A DNA stretch of 64,000 nucleotides from Promethearchaeota archaeon (GTDB lineage Archaea > Asgardarchaeota > Lokiarchaeia > Sigyniarchaeales > SOKP01): contig JAHPYZ010000011.1 in assembly GCA_019058425.1 (NCBI GenBank), positions 5,032 to 69,031 of the forward strand, read 5' to 3'. Position numbers and translations under genes: made by a program. Under the pieces are notes generated by a model. That model saw nothing but the letters and a program-made list of their open reading frames with translations, ran no database searches and was not told the DNA's origin. The number at the start of each line of letters is the position of its first letter. Position 1 is the first letter of the stretch. Shown here piece by piece: positions 59,282 to 64,000 of this stretch.

Positions 59282-60640
59282 TTAATCCAAACTCCATACT
59301 CTCGTAAAATCACTGGCGTGTGTAACACCTAGGGCAGCTATAGCTGTAGCGGTTCCAGCAGCAGTAGCTGAACCTGCAGTTAATGCACCAATTAATGGAA
59401 TAAAATCTGAATTAAAAGCTTCTGGTGCGCCACTACCATGAACTACACTTGGAAACATGTATGAAGTAGCAGACGCGTCAATTGCATTAAAGTCTGCTAT
59501 AGCAGATTTTTGATATGCCCCATATTTAGATATGTTTGCATCAACTCGAGCGGATATAGATCCTTTAAGAGGATTAAAGGCATCTTGACCTGCATTTGAA
59601 GCAACTACTCCTAACCATCTATCAACATTAGAGGGATGAGGTATATTTTTTGGTTTTTCAAAACAATCTACTACAAGACCATACATATTTCCTGTTCCAG
59701 GAACTCCGATAGTTGTATACTCAACACCGTGATCCCATCCTGCTTGGAAAAATTCTCCATTTGCCCAATCACCCATAATTGAAAACGCTGCAGTGGGTGT
59801 AGCGGCAGTTAATTTAGCTATTGCACTATCCCAAGATAATGCTGCCCAATCAGTATTAATATAATTTGTGAGGTTTTCATAAATTTCACAAGCAGTGAGT
59901 AAATCAGCATAATGAGTTGCTGTACCACTATCAATATCTCCATTTACCCAAGCTTCATAGGCATCAATACCTACACTAGCAAGAATTTGTTCAAAAGCAT
60001 GAGCAGCAGTCCATTGTTCACCCATTGCAACTGGTTTTGTAATAGTATAGTTTGGATTGGCTATTATAGCTTCACATGCAGCCCAAAAAGCTGGCCATGA
60101 GGTAAGAGTTGCTGGATCTATTCCAGTATCATTAAGTATTTCATAATTACACCACAAAACATTACTTCTATGAATGTTTACAGGGACAGAGTAGTAATGA
60201 CCATCAGGCCCTTTACTTATATCTTCTATAACATCAGGAACTGCATCCTGTAGCGCTGTTGTCCAGATATGGTCGATATTATTTAATAAATTGGCTTCAT
60301 AAAATATTGTCCACTCATAACCATTATGAATTTGGAAGGTATCTGGAGGTTGTCCTGCAAGCATCAATGTTTTAATCTTTACTCTCATTTCAAAACCTCC
60401 GCCACCCGCAATTTGGACTTCTTGGACAGTAGTATCTGGATATAGTGATTCAAATTCGTCTACTAGTGCTCCAATCGCCGCTGCTTCCCCTCCTGATGTC
60501 CACCAGTGGTATATTTCGAGTGCGTCAAATTCTCCTTCTGGAGTAGGGGCTAGGACAACATATGTTACTCCTGCAGCGATTGCTGCAGTAGAAATTACCG
60601 CAATTAAAACAAAAATAATTGTTTGTTTTTTAGGTTCCAT
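59282..60640 (-). CDS. Sugar ABC substrate-binding protein (glucose/mannose-binding type) with N-terminal membrane anchor
   Basis: HWWTSGGEAAA, PPDTFQ, PVNIHRSN, IMGDWA, FNPLKGSI, PSVVHG. Confidence 0.9.
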   Translation of the reverse strand: MEPKKQTIIFVLIAVISTAAIAAGVTYVVLAPTPEGEFDALEIYHWWTSGGEAAAIGALVDEFESLYPDTTVQEVQIAGGGGFEMRVKIKTLMLAGQPPDTFQIHNGYEWTIFYEANLLNNIDHIWTTALQDAVPDVIEDISKGPDGHYYSVPVNIHRSNVLWCNYEILNDTGIDPATLTSWPAFWAACEAIIANPNYTITKPVAMGEQWTAAHAFEQILASVGIDAYEAWVNGDIDSGTATHYADLLTACEIYENLTNYINTDWAALSWDSAIAKLTAATPTAAFSIMGDWANGEFFQAGWDHGVEYTTIGVPGTGNMYGLVVDCFEKPKNIPHPSNVDRWLGVVASNAGQDAFNPLKGSISARVDANISKYGAYQKSAIADFNAIDASATSYMFPSVVHGSGAPEAFNSDFIPLIGALTAGSATAAGTATAIAALGVTHASDFTRVWSLD

Positions 60641-60852
60641 TTTTTTTCTTATCCGTTTTTCTTATCTATTTTATTTATAACTAATTTTTTTGTTAGATAT
60701 TTTAAAATATTTATAGCGTTATTAAAGGATATAAGGACTAACTTTTTCCATAAATTTTTAAAATATTAGTAGATATATTCAAAATTAGGAAAACTTCTCA
60801 ATTTTAATTACTATTACAATTTAAGATTAACAATTGGACATTATTTTTAAAA

Positions 60853-61536
60853 ATGAAATTTAAAAATGTTGTTGGACCGTTATCATTGGAAAATCCTAAT
60901 GTTCAAAAAATAATTGAAATTGCGAAAGAATTAATTAAAAAAAATAAGGTTTTGAAAGTAAAAAAACTCTATAATATAGCAATTAGATCTTTAGATATTT
61001 CTTCAGGAGACATACTGGATATTATCCAATTTTTAAACAATAATAAAATACTTATTGATGGTTCAAAACATACAAGAGATACGGTATTATTGAATCTATA
61101 TAGGAAAAAGATCTATAATGTGATAGAGAGTTTTAATGGTGCTACATTCTCTTTTTTAAGAGAGATGGTTTTTACAAATAATTCTGGAAGTGCAGGACAA
61201 CTAATTTGGCATTTAAAGATGCTATTAAAGTTCAAACATATAAAAAAACTTAAAGTTGGAAATTATTCTTTATTTCTTCCCTTAGATCTAGAAGATGATT
61301 TTGGAAAATTGTGTTTTTTTATGAAAGATAATCTTAATAGAAACATTATTAGACTATTTATAAATAATGATACGATTAAAAAGCCAAATGTATATAAGAA
61401 AATTAACTTTAAAAGAGAAAATGTTAATTACCGATTAAAAATATTGATGGAACATCAGATTTTAGTCTATAAAGATGAATCCACAAAGGAGATTTGTATT
61501 TCAAAAAGGATGAAAGAATTTCTTTTAAAAAATTAA
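60853..61536 (+). CDS. Multi-winged-helix putative transcription regulator, module 2
   Basis: Paralog of 18237-18977: KILIDGSK..RDTVLLN, GSAGQLIWHLKML, VGNYSLFLP, VNYRL. Confidence 0.82.
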   Translation: MKFKNVVGPLSLENPNVQKIIEIAKELIKKNKVLKVKKLYNIAIRSLDISSGDILDIIQFLNNNKILIDGSKHTRDTVLLNLYRKKIYNVIESFNGATFSFLREMVFTNNSGSAGQLIWHLKMLLKFKHIKKLKVGNYSLFLPLDLEDDFGKLCFFMKDNLNRNIIRLFINNDTIKKPNVYKKINFKRENVNYRLKILMEHQILVYKDESTKEICISKRMKEFLLKN

Positions 61537-61595
61537 AAAAAAAAAAATTTGATAAAGTAAAATAAATTAGAAAAAATATAGAGAAGGGGATAGAT

Positions 61596-62906
61596 ATGAA
61601 CTTATATATTATTTTGGAGCTTGTTTCTTTAATTTCTATAACAATAATCTTTCTGATAATTACAATCGCAATACAAGTATCTAAAGTTATGAAAAGATTT
61701 CCACTGTTATTTTATTTAAGGTTAACATCATGGTTTTTAGTCCTATATTTTATAACCAATATTATCTCTATTGTTTTAGAAAATGGAGCTTTTGCTCGTA
61801 TTCATATTATGCTTGTATTTCCATTTACATTCTTTTTTATTCTATTTTTTAATAATATGTTAAAAGAATCATATTATACTTTTGGTTTTATTGTATCTTG
61901 TTGTTTAGGTTTCTTACTTATTTTTTTGGGAACTCAGCCTAACGCTGTCAAGCGTATAACAGAACTAGGAGTTGAAATTTATGTACCTAATGGACTCTTT
62001 AATATTGTAGATAATATATTTTATCTATTATTTATTTCGTATTTTCTCTTTTGGGGGATTAAAACATGGACTATTAGTCCGTTTTATTTAAAAAAGAAAT
62101 CTTTATTATGTTTTATAGGAACAATAATATTTGCTGGAGGTTCAATATTTCATTTACTTTATTATTTTAATCCAATTTTTAATATTTTCATGCATCTATT
62201 AAATTTGATCAGTATATTACTTATAACAATAGTGATCATGAAGGAATTTAAGGTTCTCTACGTTTTACCTTATACAGTTTATAGAATCTCAGTAAGAGAC
62301 AATAATGGTAATCCTCTCTATGATCATGATTGGACAGATATGAATATAACCGAAACTGTTTTTTCAGGTTTCCTAAATGCTATTGAAATTATGAGTGAAG
62401 AAGTAATGCATGTGGGGGGTATACTCGATATAAATCTAAATGAAGGTATTCTTCTAGTGACCAGATGCGAACATATAACTGTAGGTTTACTTGCATCTAA
62501 GGCGTCCAAATTACTAAGAGATTGTGTAAATAATTTTACAATTGATTTTCAAAATAAATTTATAAGGCTTCTCAAAAAATCTTGTATAGATATGAAAGAA
62601 TACCGTTCTGCCTACGAGTTTATAAATAAATACTTTTCAATCATTCCATATAACAATATTAAAAATAAAAATCAGCTTATGACATTATCATATGAATATC
62701 ACGAATTACCAAAACAGCTTGAAGATAATTTTAAAAATATTTTTGGAGATAAGGATGAATATAAAAATGTTTTAAATGAATTAATTAAAACTCCCTGTTC
62801 AAAACCTTCGGAGTTTTTTGATCTCTATGACGAATTACAATTTGAAATCAATGAATTGGAATTAAAAAAATCAAAAGAACAAGAAGAAAAGAAATATTTA
62901 GAATAA
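61596..62906 (+). CDS. 7-TM plus longin-like protein, module 2
   Basis: Paralog of 18983 and 20549: WGIKTW, LYVLPYTVYRISVRDNNGNPLYDHDW, VFSGFLNA. Confidence 0.75.
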   Translation: MNLYIILELVSLISITIIFLIITIAIQVSKVMKRFPLLFYLRLTSWFLVLYFITNIISIVLENGAFARIHIMLVFPFTFFFILFFNNMLKESYYTFGFIVSCCLGFLLIFLGTQPNAVKRITELGVEIYVPNGLFNIVDNIFYLLFISYFLFWGIKTWTISPFYLKKKSLLCFIGTIIFAGGSIFHLLYYFNPIFNIFMHLLNLISILLITIVIMKEFKVLYVLPYTVYRISVRDNNGNPLYDHDWTDMNITETVFSGFLNAIEIMSEEVMHVGGILDINLNEGILLVTRCEHITVGLLASKASKLLRDCVNNFTIDFQNKFIRLLKKSCIDMKEYRSAYEFINKYFSIIPYNNIKNKNQLMTLSYEYHELPKQLEDNFKNIFGDKDEYKNVLNELIKTPCSKPSEFFDLYDELQFEINELELKKSKEQEEKKYLE

Positions 62907-63008
62907 TTGAAAAAAGACTTTTATAAAGTAATCATCTTTTTACTTTTTTTATATCAATCATTTATTAAATCATTTGAAATCCCAAAAAATTCTAAAAAGA
63001 CATATAGA

Positions 63009-64000
63009 TTAAAATGTCTGCCTGAAAATATCCATAATAGACTTTTTATAGAAATACTTAATCAAAATTATGTAGGTTCCTAAAGCTGCAATAGAAATTG
63101 ATAATATAAACACACGGAGTAAAGTGTCCCAAGGCAGTGTAAAAATGACAGGCATTTCTGTCATAAGCGCCATGGTACTTTCTAATAAATAAGCAGTAAA
63201 AGTACCGATAACTGTTCCCATAATTCCAGCAGCAAGCAATATTGTTAGACTTTCAATTGAAAACATGTTTCTTACATTTCTAGCTTTCATACCCATGGAT
63301 CGAAGTATCCCAATTTCAAATTTTCTCTCTAACATAATTGCGTACATACTACTTACTAAACCAAAAATACTTATCATTATCGTAAACATTAAGATTAATT
63401 CCATAAGAAAACTCTGTCTTTCTGTCATTCCTTCCATAAAATTAATTTTAGATATTGCATCGTCAATAATAATATTTTTTTCTTGATACATCATGCGAAT
63501 ATCATCTTTAGTTTCTTCAATATTTTCCTCAGATTCATCAATCAAGTTGATAAATACTTTATCTACAATCATATTATTCTCTCCAGGATTATCAGTTTTC
63601 ATTAAACGCATGTAATTATCTAATGAGACCATCACACCTCCTCCACTTGCAGACATTTCATTAGTTCGAAAATTAAAAAATCCTGGAATTCCTCCAGAAA
63701 TTCCTGCAACCCTAAATAGTGTTACATTACCGGGATGGTCTTCTATATCAGGATCATAGAAGGTTATACGTATATGTTCTCCTACATCCCGGATGCCTAG
63801 TCTGCTTGCAATAGATTTCGCTATAATACAAGTATTATTATGAGTAAATAATTCATTAAAGGAATAAGATGTACTACTTCCATCACTTTTCCATATTAAT
63901 AAATTTTCATCTATTAAATCTACAAAATCTTCATTAACACCTATAAATCCTGCATCTACAACGTCAAAATCCATTAAATCTCCTGCTGTCGTTTGAAATT
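63009..64000 (-). CDS. FtsX/MacB-type ABC permease, C-terminal part (gene begins beyond the window)
   Basis: ERKFEIGILRSMG, three following TM segments; frame open to the window edge. Confidence 0.85.
   Translation of the reverse strand, partial: FQTTAGDLMDFDVVDAGFIGVNEDFVDLIDENLLIWKSDGSSTSYSFNELFTHNNTCIIAKSIASRLGIRDVGEHIRITFYDPDIEDHPGNVTLFRVAGISGGIPGFFNFRTNEMSASGGGVMVSLDNYMRLMKTDNPGENNMIVDKVFINLIDESEENIEETKDDIRMMYQEKNIIIDDAISKINFMEGMTERQSFLMELILMFTIMISIFGLVSSMYAIMLERKFEIGILRSMGMKARNVRNMFSIESLTILLAAGIMGTVIGTFTAYLLESTMALMTEMPVIFTLPWDTLLRVFILSISIAALGTYIILIKYFYKKSIMDIFRQTF

Noticed and set aside
59330-59385. GCAG/GCTG-rich short repeats
   Set aside because: Explained by Ala/Thr/Gly codons in the binding protein's C-terminal helix.
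1060-63486. Numerous 60-176 aa ORF-track entries antisense to or nested in clear genes (e.g. 4669-5193, 25409-25762, 26296-26673, 37340-37870, 44122-44343)
   Set aside because: They are shadow frames of well-supported genes, with Ser/Phe/Ile-rich composition and no motifs.

Overview
Very AT-rich archaeal chromosomal window, most likely an Asgard archaeon of the Lokiarchaeia type. The evidence is an ESCRT-II/Vps4/ESCRT-III cluster, a Rab-like GTPase, about six longin/roadblock-type proteins, archaeal eS1/uS15 and intron-containing tRNAs. Most genes are housekeeping or metabolic: MFS and ABC transporters, acyl-CoA enzymes, PGK, LarB/LarC/NikR, and a corrinoid protein-methyltransferase-RdhA-like trio. 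The strongest candidate for an undescribed system is a repeated module in which a triple winged-helix (wHTH) regulator precedes a 7-TM membrane protein fused to a cytoplasmic longin-like domain. It occurs at 18.2-21.8 kb (two receptors) and again at 60.9-62.9 kb. Features missing from the ORF track include a 24-codon ORF with a strong SD site divergent from an ArsR-like gene and two palindromic operators, a ~0.4-0.47 kb tandem duplication with conserved hairpins and paired mini-ORFs, a GH2 gene remnant, and a tRNA-Val with a D-loop intron. An alpha3-truncated histone is also present. No CRISPR array, rRNA or transposase was seen. All domain calls were made by eye from motifs; no searches were run.
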